A stretch of DNA of 64,000 nucleotides from positions 544,001 through 608,000 of the forward strand of contig CAWDRG010000017.1 in assembly GCA_963804645.1 (NCBI GenBank), in the 5' to 3' direction. This document shows positions 12,938 to 22,579 of the stretch, one piece after another (the first letter of the stretch is position 1; every line of letters starts with the position of its first letter). The position numbers were made by a program, and so were the translations under genes. Below the pieces are notes generated by a model. It saw only the letters and a list, made by a program, of their open reading frames with translations, was not told where the DNA came from and did no database searches. This stretch comes from an uncultured Bacillota bacterium. Lineage in GTDB: Bacteria > Sysuimicrobiota > Sysuimicrobiia > Sysuimicrobiales > Segetimicrobiaceae.

Positions 12938-13624
12938 TCAGGACTGGGGTGCGAGCAGCGTCCCGACCGCCGCGTTGGTGGTCACGACGTTGCCGATGGT
13001 CCGTTCGAGCCACCGCAGCGTGCGCTGGTGGGTCTCCTCGGAGTACGTCGCGCACGCGTCGCCGACCAGCACGACGCGGTAGCCGAGGTCTCGCGCGTCG
13101 CGGGCGGTCGACTCCACGCAGCCGTTCGTGATCAGCCCGGTGAGCAGCAGCGTCCGTTTGCCCATGTTCTGCAAGATCATGTGCAGCGGCGTCGAGTTGA
13201 ACGCGCTGCTCGTGATCTTGAACAGCACCACCTCGTCGGGCCGCGGGGTGAGCTCGGACACGATCTGGTTGCCCGGCGAATCCTTCGGCAGCCGGATGCC
13301 GAGCGCCCGGGTCACCTGCGAGCAGTCGCGCGCGTCCTTCGTGTGCGCGTTGATCGCGATGTAGATCACCTCGATCCCGACGCGCCGCGCGGCCGTGAGC
13401 AGCGTCGCGATGTTCCCGATCGCGGCCTGCACGCGTCCGAAGTAGTCCCGGTTGAGATCGGCCCGGCCCACATCCAAGAGGCGCTGCCCCTGCCCGGTGT
13501 CGGGCCGGGCGATGAAGTTCTGCATGTCGATCACCAGCAGTGCCGTGTCGCTCGGCCGGATCTCGAACGCCGGCAACCTCGGGTAGAGCGCGTCCATGTA
13601 CTCCTGCTCGATGTCGTGCGCCAT
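12938..13624 (-). CDS. Isochorismatase-family cysteine hydrolase
   Basis: ALLVIDMQN (Asp), FKITSSAF (Lys), TNGCVESTARDA (Cys). Confidence 0.92.
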   Translation of the reverse strand: MAHDIEQEYMDALYPRLPAFEIRPSDTALLVIDMQNFIARPDTGQGQRLLDVGRADLNRDYFGRVQAAIGNIATLLTAARRVGIEVIYIAINAHTKDARDCSQVTRALGIRLPKDSPGNQIVSELTPRPDEVVLFKITSSAFNSTPLHMILQNMGKRTLLLTGLITNGCVESTARDARDLGYRVVLVGDACATYSEETHQRTLRWLERTIGNVVTTNAAVGTLLAPQS

Positions 13625-13627
13625 CGC

Positions 13628-14543
13628 TCATCCTCCTCGATTCAGCTGACTTCTGGGATCCACCGCATCGCGGAGCCCGTCGCCGAGAAAGTTCACCGCA
13701 AGCGTCGCCACGAGGATCATGATGCCCGGGGGGATCCACAGCCAGGGCATGTACTCCAACGCGGTCAGCGACTGCGCATCCGAGAGCATGTTGCCCCAAC
13801 TGGCCGTCGGCGGCTGCACCCCCATCCCGAGAAAGCTCAGCGCCGCTTCCACGAGGATCGCGTTCGCGACCCCGAACGTGGCGGCCACCATCGCCGCCCC
13901 GGTCGTGTTCGGCAGGACGTGCCGGAAGATGAGCTTCCCGTCGCGCACGCCCGACGCGCGGGCCGCGAGCACGAACTCCTGGGACCGCAGCGTCAGCACG
14001 ATGCTGCGCACCAGCCGGGCGACCTCGGGCCACCCCAGCAGGCCGATCACGGCCATGATGTTCCAGATGCTGGGGCCGGTCAGGCCCACGATCACCATCA
14101 CCAGGATCAAGCGTGGGAAACGCCATGACCATGTCGCCGAAGCGCATGAGCACGCCGTCCACCAGCCCCCCGTAATACCCGGCCACCAGCCCGAGCGCCA
14201 GGCCGATCGTGAGATAGAACGCCACGCTCACGATGCCGACCGACATCGACACCCGGGACGCGTAAATCACCCGGCTGAGCACGTCCCGGCCGACCGTATC
14301 GGTGCCGAGCCAGTGGGCGGCGGACGGACCGGTGCGCGCCGAGGCCAGGTCGATATATGCCGGATCGTAGGGGGCGATGAGGGGCGCGGCGACCGCCACC
14401 ACGATGAGCGCAGCCAGCACCGCGGCGCCGGCGCACGCCAACCGGTGGCGCGCGAATCGGCGCAGCGCGGCGGACCGGGTCGACCGGTACGCCGGGTGGC
14501 GCGCGGCCGGTGCGAGCGAGGCGGCGGACGACGATCCCGTCAT
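13628..14543 (-). CDS. ABC permease, DppC/OppC type; +1 frameshift at about 14110
   Basis: HWLGTDTVGRDVLSR...MAFPTL in one frame; ILVMVIVG...EFVLAARASG...PPTASWG...FLGDGLRDAVDP in the next. Confidence 0.88.
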
Positions 14544-15493
14544 CACGCGTACCGGATTCTCGGATCCACGTAGGCGTACAGGACGTCGGCGGACAGGCTG
14601 CCGAGGACGACCATCGCGGCCACGATCAGGTTGATGCCCATCAGGATCGGGTAGTCGCGCTGGAGGATCGCCTGGATCGCCAGGGCGCCCATGCCCGGCC
14701 ACGCGAACACCTGCTCAATCACGACGGACCCGCCGAGCAGACGCGGCACGACGGCGGCCACCATCGTCACGAGCGGGAGGATCGCGTTGCGCAGGCTGTG
14801 GGTGTAGGTGACGCGGCGCGGCCCCAGGCCTTTGGCGCGCGCGGTGCGGATGTAGTCGGCATTCAACACTTCGAGCATGCCGGACCGCACGTACCGCACG
14901 AAGCTGCCCAGGCTGAACAGGCCGAGGGAGATGGACGGCAGGATCGCGTGGGCGAGAAACCCGTCCACGGTGAAGTGCGCACCCGTGTCCAGCATCCCTC
15001 CCGTCGGCAGCAGGCGGAGCTTCAGGGAGAACACGTAGATCGCGGCGAGCCCCAGGAAGAACCCGGGCACGGAGACGCCGAGCAGGCCGACCCCGGATGC
15101 CGCGTAGTCCCACGCGGAGTACGGCCGGGTGGCCGACAGCACGCCCAGCATCACCGCGAACACCACCGACATGACGACCGACAGCAGCACCAGGCCCGCG
15201 GTCGCCCCGAACCGCTCGCCGATGCGCCGGACGACCGGCTGGTAGTCCGCGTACGAGTACCCGAGGTTCCCCTGCGCGAGCTGTTCCACCCACAGGAGGT
15301 AGCGGACGTAGACGGGTTTGTCGAGGCCCAGTTCGATGCGCTTCGCCTCCCGCGCCGCGGGACCGGCGATCGGGTCCACGAGTGCGTCCACGGGGCTGCC
15401 CGGCGCCAGGTTGAGCAGCCCGTAGTTGATGATCGTCACCCCCAGGATGATCGGGATCGCGATGAGGAGCCGCCTGAGGATGAACTGGGCCAT
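14543..15493 (-). CDS. ABC permease, DppB/OppB type
   Basis: LGLDKP, GNLGYS, DYIRTARAKGL (EAA loop), RDYP, YAYVDPRIR. Confidence 0.94.
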   Translation of the reverse strand: MAQFILRRLLIAIPIILGVTIINYGLLNLAPGSPVDALVDPIAGPAAREAKRIELGLDKPVYVRYLLWVEQLAQGNLGYSYADYQPVVRRIGERFGATAGLVLLSVVMSVVFAVMLGVLSATRPYSAWDYAASGVGLLGVSVPGFFLGLAAIYVFSLKLRLLPTGGMLDTGAHFTVDGFLAHAILPSISLGLFSLGSFVRYVRSGMLEVLNADYIRTARAKGLGPRRVTYTHSLRNAILPLVTMVAAVVPRLLGGSVVIEQVFAWPGMGALAIQAILQRDYPILMGINLIVAAMVVLGSLSADVLYAYVDPRIRYA

Positions 15494-15500
15494 CGCGTCG

Positions 15501-17139
15501 CTACGGCTTCCGGTACCAGTTCGCGGCGTCCCGGAACACCCCGCCGAAGCGCGGCACCGCGCCGCCGAACTGCTTGGTGTTGACCGCGCCGATCGAGTCG
15601 CGGTAGTAGAGCAGGATCACGGGCAGGTCGGTCGTGACGATCTCCTGGATCTTGTAGAGGATCGGCAGCTGCTCCTTGAGCGTGACCGCGTGCTGCGCCT
15701 GATCGAGCAGCTGATCGAGCGCGGGGTTCGAGTACTGGCTGCCGTTGACGCCGCCGTTTGAGATCGCCGCAGTGCTGAACCGGCGGCTCAGATCGGAGTC
15801 GTTGAACCCGCGGTTCGACGCGATCGCCAGATCGAAGTCGTGCGTGATGATCAGCCGGTTCACCGCCGTGGCAAAGTCGGTCTGCTCGATCACGACGTTG
15901 AACCCGGCCGTGCGCAGCTCCTGCGCGATGATGGTCCCGACGTCGATCACGGTCGTGTCGCCGGTCGGGATCAAGAACCGGATCGGGGCGCTCGGATCGT
16001 AGTGCGCGTCCTGCATCAGCTGCTTCGCGTGGGCCGGGTCGTACTTGTACGGATTCAGCGACTTGTCGTACCAGGGCGTAAACGACGCGAAGGGCGAGTA
16101 GGCGACGCGACCCATCCCCAGCAGGGCGCTGGCGACGATCGCCTCCCGGTTGATCGCGTACGCCATCGCCTGGCGGACGCGCACGTCGTCGAGCGGCTTG
16201 CGCTTGATGTTGATGTACAGCGTCTCGGTGTTGGTGTTCGGGTACGAGGTCACCTCAAGATCCGGGTCGCGCTTCAACAGCGCGACGTCGATCGGCGGCA
16301 GCTCGCCGCTGATCTCCCCCGGAATGACCTGCAGCTCGCCCCGCTCCAGTTGCGCGACGGCCGTCTCCGGCGTCAGGACCTGAATGTAGAGGTGGTCGAG
16401 GGCCGGCCGGCGGCCGTAGTAGTAGGGGTTGCGGGTCATCGTCACGAGGGTGTCGGTCTGATAGTCCGAGATCGCGAACGGACCGGACGACACCGTCGGC
16501 ACGCGGGCGAAATCGCTCCTCTGGATCTGCGGCAGCGGGATCGACGCGGAGGCTGTGCTCCGGAATCGGCATCAGCTCCGTGCCGAACAGATCCAGGAAC
16601 GACGCCGACGGGGTCTCCGTCGTCACCTGGAACACGCGCGCGTTCACGATCTTGAACCCGGGCAGCGCGTCGGTCTTCCCGGCTTTGCGGGCCGTCGCAC
16701 CCGCGATCCCGGCAACCCACTGGAACCAGTTGCTGTTCGTCTGGGACGAGGACAGCACCATCGCCGTGTACTCGAAGTCCGCGGACGTGATCGGCGCCCC
16801 ATCGCTCCACCGAAGCCCCGGACGCAGCGTAAACGTGTACGTCCGGCCGTCCGGCGAGATCTTCCACGACTGGGCCATGTCCGGCTGCATCTGGAGATTG
16901 GGGCTGTAGCTGATCAGCGACCGGTTCGCCGTTTGGGCGACGGTCAGCGAAAAGTTGGTGGTCGTAAACACCGGAATCAGCCCGCTGCCCGGCGCGCCGA
17001 AGATCGCCATCGACGCGTCGCCGCCGCTCCGCGGCTGGCCGAATCCCGGACCCGCCGCGAGCGACCCGATCAGCGCGACCAACAGAAGACTCAGGCACAC
17101 CGACCGTGCGCTCCGGAGTCTGGTGGCTCGTGCGCTCAT
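15501..17139 (-). CDS. Family-5 ABC solute-binding protein (paralog group A); +1 frameshift at about 16548
   Basis: The N-half (track 16255..17139) and C-half (15501..16502) join as ...PEHSL|ASIPLPQIQRSDFARVPTVSSGPF, collinear with the paralogs at 10264 and 40476. Confidence 0.88.
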
Positions 17140-17191
17140 CCCGTTCGCCTCCTCATCGTGTGATCGTCCGTCGGCGCCGCGCGCCGTCCCA

Positions 17192-18498
17192 TCACGTCAG
17201 CTGCGCGGTCGTCTTCAAGATCCACCGAATGTGCTCCGGACGCTGCAGCGACGCGATGTCGGTCAGCGGATCCGCGTCCGTGACCAGGAGCTCGCCGACT
17301 TTACCCGCGGTCAGCGTGCCGAGCTGCTGCTCCAGTCCGAGCGCCGCCGCGGCCGTCTGCGTGCCGGCCACGAGCGCCTCCATCGGCGAAAAGCCGCAGG
17401 AGACGAAGTGCGCGAACTCGCGCGCGCTGCTCCCGTGTCCAAACAGGCCGCAGTCGGTCCCGAGCGCGATCTTGACCCCCATGTCGAGCGCGCGCTTGAG
17501 GTAGCGCTTCTGCGCCTCCAGCGTCCGGCGGGCCGTCTCGATCCCGAATGACTTCACGCCCCACGCCGCGCCTTCGGTCACGAGAAAGTAGAAGATGTCG
17601 AGGGTCGGGATCAGAAACGTCCCGCGGTCGACCATCAGCTGCAGCGTGTCGGGATCGTCGCCCAGGTCGTCGCCCCCGTGCTCGATCGTGTCGACGCCGC
17701 CCTCGACCGCGAGGCGCACGCCCGCGGCATGGGTGGCATGCGAGGCCACCTTGGCGCCGCGCGCGTGCGCCTCGCTCGTCATCGCGCGGATCTCCTCGAG
17801 CGTGAAGTTGGTGTGGTAGCGCGTCACGCCGCGATCGCCGACCAGGCTGCCCTCCGACGTGTAGATCTTGATCAAGATCCGCCCCGTCGCCGAAGTTCAG
17901 CCGCACGAGGCGGCGGCACTCCTCGACGCCGTCGGCAAACGCCGACCGCGGCCGAAACCGGACCACGAGGTCGTGGGGCAGGAGATGCGGGTCGCCGTGC
18001 CCCCCGCTCTGGGAGATCGCCCATCCGGCGGTCAGCAGCCGCGGGCCGGGCCAGCGTCCCTCCGCGACCGCTTTCCGCAGCGCGTAGGCGATGTCCGCCC
18101 AGCCGTGTCCCGAGCACCCGCATCGTGGTGAACCCGGCCCGAAGCGCGTCGAGGGCGTCCTGGGCCGCGACGATCGACTTGTAGGCTTCGTTCGCCGGGA
18201 TGTACCGCTCGAGCGCGCTGCGCCCGGTGTCCCCGGTGAAATGGACATGGCTGTCGATCAGACCGGGCAGCACCGTCTTGCCCCGGGCGTCGATCGTGCG
18301 CACGCCGGGCTCGGCCGGCACCGGAACGCGGGCGGCCGGACCGACGGCGGCGATGCGATCGCCGCGGATGACCACCGTCGCGTTCTCGATCGGCGGCGCC
18401 CCCGTCCCGTCGATCACCCGCCCGCCGGTGACCACGGTCGTCGTGTCGCGGGCGAGGTACACCAGTTTCTCGTGCAGATCGTGTGCCGCGTCGATCAT
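17192..18498 (-). CDS. Metal-dependent amidohydrolase (Xaa-Pro dipeptidase/ochratoxinase-like); +1 frameshifts at about 18110 and 17875
   Basis: PGLIDSHVH, AGFTTMR, ISQSGGHGD, GAD-LIKI, VASHA, DTIEHG and IALGTD are spread across three frames. Confidence 0.87.
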
Positions 18499-18791
18499 GA
18501 GCGTCCCTCCGGCGCCGACGGTTTCTTCTTCGAGAGATACGCGAGCTGGTAGTAGTCCGCGAACGCCATCGCGGGAAAGATCTGGATGCTCACGACATCG
18601 GTCCACGGCGCGGTGATGCGCGCCAGCGCCTCCGCGGACTCCGCTTCGGCGATGATCACGATGCGCTGCTGGCCGAGCAGCTGATAGTGCCCGAGCACCT
18701 TCACCCCTTCGGGGCGCGTATAGTGCTCGAAGCGCGCGAAGAGCCGATCGCGGGTCTCCATCGTATAGTCCTCGATCATCACAAACAGCAT
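18495..18791 (-). CDS. Small ferredoxin-like-fold protein (DUF3303/GYD/muconolactone-isomerase-like)
   Basis: GGAGG RBS; MLFVMIEDY...PEGVKVLGHY...IVIIAEAESAEAL...PWTDVVSIQIFPA (98 aa). Confidence 0.7.
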   Translation of the reverse strand: MLFVMIEDYTMETRDRLFARFEHYTRPEGVKVLGHYQLLGQQRIVIIAEAESAEALARITAPWTDVVSIQIFPAMAFADYYQLAYLSKKKPSAPEGRS

Positions 18792-18817
18792 CGGACCGCC
18801 TCCTCCCCCGTCGTCGT

Positions 18818-19313
18818 TCAGCGCTGCCGTGCGAGGCCCGGGGCCGTCTCGGCCGACAGCGCCGGCAGCCGCGCGTCGAGCTGCGCCCAGGGCGTGTACG
18901 CGTCGATCCAGTTCTGGACGCGGTTGAGCCCCAGCGAGAGGAGCGCCACCGCGTCGCCGAACTCCTCGGGACTTCGAAACGCCTTCGCCGCGAACGCGCC
19001 GGCCAGGTCGTCGGCGAGCCCGCAGGTGTCGTCCATGCGCCAGTGGGCCAGCCACACGCTGAGCTGCCGCAGGTACGCGGCGACCACCGCGCTCAGCGCG
19101 TCCACCGGCACCGTGCCCTCCCGGGCCAGCGCGCGGAACAGCTGCAGGTTCTGCGCAGACCACAGCAGGATCAGATTTGCGAACAGCGTCCCGCCCCACC
19201 GGCCGGCCGGAGGCAGCCGCGTCTCGCGGAGGCGCCGGATGTCCGGCGGCTCCTGCGCCCACACCGCGTCCACGAACCGCGTCAGCCGATCGACCGCCTC
19301 GCCATGTGTCCAT
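18818..19313 (-). CDS. Helical protein resembling the cucumopine synthase C-terminal bundle; frameshift near the start (about 19300)
   Basis: AGGAGG RBS and ATG at 19313 (MDTW...), then the main frame AVDRLTRFVDAVWAQEPPDIRRL...LNRVQNWIDAYTPW. W-x2-EP-x-D/E-I and NR-x3-W-x5-PW patterns as recalled for this domain. Confidence 0.6.
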
Positions 19314-19325
19314 CGCGCTCGCCTC

Positions 19326-19709
19326 CTAGGTCCGAGTCGCACGCACCGGCACGCTCACCGTCTCGTGCAAGCGCTCGGCGGCGCGGCGCACCCCGCTCAG
19401 GTTCTCGACCACACGGGCAAACACGCTCACCTTTCCGAACGGCACCACGTCGCCGTAGAACAGGCAGAGCGTCTGCATGTCCGGGAAGTACCCGATATCC
19501 CCCGTGGACACCGAGAGCACCTCGTTCTCGGGATCGGCGACGAAGGGCAGCATCACGATCATCTCGCCCCCGGCGAACTTCGCATGGATCGCGAAACTGT
19601 CGAGCGGGAGGCACTCGGCAAACCGTTTGGCGATGCCGGGTGCCTGCACATCCAGCAGCTCGCACACCGCCCGTTCCTCCCCGACCGTCAGGACAAACCG
19701 CTGACCCAT
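19326..19709 (-). CDS. DUF3830 / cyclophilin-like beta-barrel protein
   Basis: GAGGAGGT RBS; ELLDVQAP...LPL...HAKFAGGE...PEN...GDIGYF...LCLFYG...VSVFARV (127 aa). Confidence 0.78.
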   Translation of the reverse strand: MGQRFVLTVGEERAVCELLDVQAPGIAKRFAECLPLDSFAIHAKFAGGEMIVMLPFVADPENEVLSVSTGDIGYFPDMQTLCLFYGDVVPFGKVSVFARVVENLSGVRRAAERLHETVSVPVRATRT

Positions 19710-19819
19710 CTCGCTGACCTCCTCTGCGCCTCCGCCGGTCGGATCCGCCGCGCCGCGATCGTGCCGACCACGCATGCGACCCGGCGGGCGGTCCCCGGCG
19801 TCCCCGCACGCGAAGCCCG

Positions 19820-20926
19820 TCAGGCGAGAAACCGCGCCGGACGGAACGGCGCGAGGCGCACATCCTGGCGGCCTCGGATGATCTCGTCCGCCACAAGCGC
19901 GCCGAGGTGCGGCGCCAGCGTGACGCCGCTGTGCGTGACGACAAGGTAGTATCCGGCGACCCCGGGAAACGGCCCGACGGCCGAGTAGCCGTCCGCCGGG
20001 ATCGGACGGATCCCGAGGCGGACCGCCTCCGGCCGTACCCCGGCGATGCTCGGCAGCAGGCGGGCGGCGCGCGCCACGAGCTCGACGGACGCCGCAGCCG
20101 ACGGCCCCGGCTGAGTCTCCACCGTAAGGGCGTCGTCGACCTCGTGGCTGGCAATCACGAGACGTCCCGCGCCGTCGGGCCGGAGGTGGCACTCCGGCGC
20201 CCGCAGGAGATGCTGGACCCGCGCCGGCACCGGCGGGGTCAGGGCCAGCAGCCCGGCCGTCGGCGCGAGCGGGATGTCCAACCCCGCGGCGGCGGCCACC
20301 TCGCTCGCCCACCGTCCGGCGCAGTTCACCACGACGTCGGCGCCGTGGGCGCGGCCGTCGGCGGTCGTCACGCCGACGACCCGGTCGCCGTCGCGCCGGA
20401 GCGCGCGCACCCGCGACCCCGTGCGCAGCCGCCCGCCCGCGCGCGCCGCCGCCTGGATCAGGGCGTGCGCGTACACGACCGGGTCGATCCAGCCCTCCTC
20501 GGGAAAGTACGCGATCGTGGCGTCGGCCACGACGGCCGGATCGACGTCGGGCTCGAGCTCGCTGAACCGGCGGGCCGAGATCTCCTCGGCGGCGTACTCC
20601 CACGCGCACAGCCGCTCGATCCGCTGCCGCAGCGCCGCGCGGGGCGCCGCATCGGTGGCCCACTCGAGACTGCCGCCCCCGTGCAGCCACGGCGCGTCCC
20701 CAAACTCCTCCCGGAGCGCCGCGTGGGCGCGCATGCCGCCGACGTTGAGATCGTGGTAGGCGCGTGGCGGCTTGTTGTTCGCGTTCGTCCAGGCAAAGGT
20801 TGCCGACGACGTCCCGCCGGCGACGGTCCCGGCCTCCAGAATCGTCACCGCGGCGCCCGCCCGGGCGAGCCGATAGGCGACGGACGCGCCGACGACGCCG
20901 GCGCCGATCACGAGAATCTCGGTCAT
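19820..20926 (-). CDS. FAD-dependent oxidoreductase, DAO/glycine-oxidase family
   Basis: VIGAGVVG, GTSSATFAWTN, RPIPADG, VTHSGVTLAP, FRPARF. Confidence 0.92.
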   Translation of the reverse strand: MTEILVIGAGVVGASVAYRLARAGAAVTILEAGTVAGGTSSATFAWTNANNKPPRAYHDLNVGGMRAHAALREEFGDAPWLHGGGSLEWATDAAPRAALRQRIERLCAWEYAAEEISARRFSELEPDVDPAVVADATIAYFPEEGWIDPVVYAHALIQAAARAGGRLRTGSRVRALRRDGDRVVGVTTADGRAHGADVVVNCAGRWASEVAAAAGLDIPLAPTAGLLALTPPVPARVQHLLRAPECHLRPDGAGRLVIASHEVDDALTVETQPGPSAAASVELVARAARLLPSIAGVRPEAVRLGIRPIPADGYSAVGPFPGVAGYYLVVTHSGVTLAPHLGALVADEIIRGRQDVRLAPFRPARFLA

Positions 20927-20957
20927 CTGTCCACCTCCGCGCGCCCCGTCCGCAACC

Positions 20958-22496
20958 CTACGGCATCCATGACGCCGCCGCGATCCGCAGCATGTAGTCG
21001 TCGCGGGGGTGCCAGACCAGCATCTTGTCCGTCGCGTCCACGTTCGGCGCGGCGACCAGGGGAATCGCCGGCGCCTCCTGCAGGAACAGCATCTCGGCTT
21101 TCCGGTACAGATCCTTCGCCTGCGCCGGGTCCGCGAGGATATCCGCGGCCCCGAGGTACTGCGCGAACTGATCCGGCGAAGTCGCCCACAGCGAGACGGA
21201 TCCGTCCGCGGTGAACGTCCGCTCGGCGATGCCGCCGGCGTACCCGACGAAATCCGTGACGCGCATCCACGTCGCCTCGTACGGCAGCTTGCGCCCCTCG
21301 ACCTGGTCGACGAGGAGGACGCCGTAGTCCTCGGTCACGACCTTGGCCCGGACGCCGACCTTGCTCAACTGATCGGCGACGTTCAGCGTTGTGTCACGAT
21401 CCGCCGGAAACTGCCCCGTCATGGTCGCGATCGTCATGTCGAATCCGTTCGGATAGCCCGCATCTTTCAGCAGCTGCTTGGCGCGCGCCGGATCGTACGG
21501 AAAGCCCAGCACCGTCGTATCGCACCCCAGGCTGATGGCGCTGCAGAACGACGTCGCCGGGGCGACGGCGCCGTGCATGATGCCCTGCGCGATCGCGGTG
21601 CGGTCCACGGCCATGTTCAGCGCCTGCCGCACGCGCACGTCCGCGATCGGCCCCTTCGGGTTCACCAGGTTGAACAGGATGTAGTAAATCCCGGTGCTCG
21701 ACGCCTCCACGAGCTGCAGCCGCGGCGTTCGCTGGATCACCGCGTAATCGTCCGGCGGCACGTCGTTGATCACGTCCACCGACCCGGACAGCAGCGCCGC
21801 CAGCCGCGACGCCTGATCGGGAATCGTGCGGATAAAGGCGTGCGTGATCTTCGGCCGGCCCCCCCAATACGCGGGGTTCGCCTCCAACTCGACGTGGTCG
21901 TCCTTCGCCCAGCTCACGAACCGGTACGGCCCGGTCCCCACCGGATGCTTCGCGAGCGCGTCTTCGCCGTTCTGCGCCACGTACTGCGGCGGCAGCATCA
22001 TGCCGTAGTACGCGAGGTACGACGGCAGGAGCGGCCACGGCTGCGCCGTCGTCATCCGCACCGTCAGGTCGTCGACCACATCCACGGACTTGATCCCGCG
22101 GAGGAGCCCCGCCCCGGGCCACCGCGTCTTCGGATCCAGGGCGCGGCCGATCGTGAACTTGACCGCCGCCGCGTTGAACGGCTCGCCGTCGTGGAACTTC
22201 ACGCCCCGCCGCAGCTTGAACTCCCACACCGTCGGCGCCACCATCGTCCAGGACACCGCAAGCCCCGGCTGCAGCCGCAGGGTCCGGTCCCGGTCGATCA
22301 ACCCGTCGTAGATATTGCCGAGGACGTTGTACGTCAGCGTCGAAACGACTTTCTGCGGATCGCCCGTCAGCATATCCGACCCCTGCGCCACGGTCACGGT
22401 GTCCGGCGCGTGCGCCGCGAGTCCGCTCGGCGCTCCCGCGGCGAGCAGCCCCCCGAGCGCCGCCGTCACCACCGCTCCCACGCACCACCGCTTCAT
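20958..22496 (-). CDS. Family-5 ABC solute-binding protein (DppA/GsiB-like, group B)
   Basis: ATG at 22496 with signal peptide; LQPGLAVSW, WEFKLRRGVKFHDG, PVGTGPY, DVRVRQALNMAVDR. Confidence 0.92.
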   Translation of the reverse strand: MKRWCVGAVVTAALGGLLAAGAPSGLAAHAPDTVTVAQGSDMLTGDPQKVVSTLTYNVLGNIYDGLIDRDRTLRLQPGLAVSWTMVAPTVWEFKLRRGVKFHDGEPFNAAAVKFTIGRALDPKTRWPGAGLLRGIKSVDVVDDLTVRMTTAQPWPLLPSYLAYYGMMLPPQYVAQNGEDALAKHPVGTGPYRFVSWAKDDHVELEANPAYWGGRPKITHAFIRTIPDQASRLAALLSGSVDVINDVPPDDYAVIQRTPRLQLVEASSTGIYYILFNLVNPKGPIADVRVRQALNMAVDRTAIAQGIMHGAVAPATSFCSAISLGCDTTVLGFPYDPARAKQLLKDAGYPNGFDMTIATMTGQFPADRDTTLNVADQLSKVGVRAKVVTEDYGVLLVDQVEGRKLPYEATWMRVTDFVGYAGGIAERTFTADGSVSLWATSPDQFAQYLGAADILADPAQAKDLYRKAEMLFLQEAPAIPLVAAPNVDATDKMLVWHPRDDYMLRIAAASWMP

Positions 22497-22579
22497 CCCA
22501 CGCCCCCTTCCGACCGCGCTCCCCGGCGTTGGGCGCATTCCGGCGCGCGCGTCCGCGCTGCGCGACCCCGGACGCACGA

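Noticed and set aside
11976..14702. 908-aa apparent permease-acetamidase fusion in the ORF track
   Set aside because: Produced by the frameshift at about 14110 reading through the permease C-half and the isochorismatase gene out of frame; the acetamidase has its own RBS and ATG at 12890.
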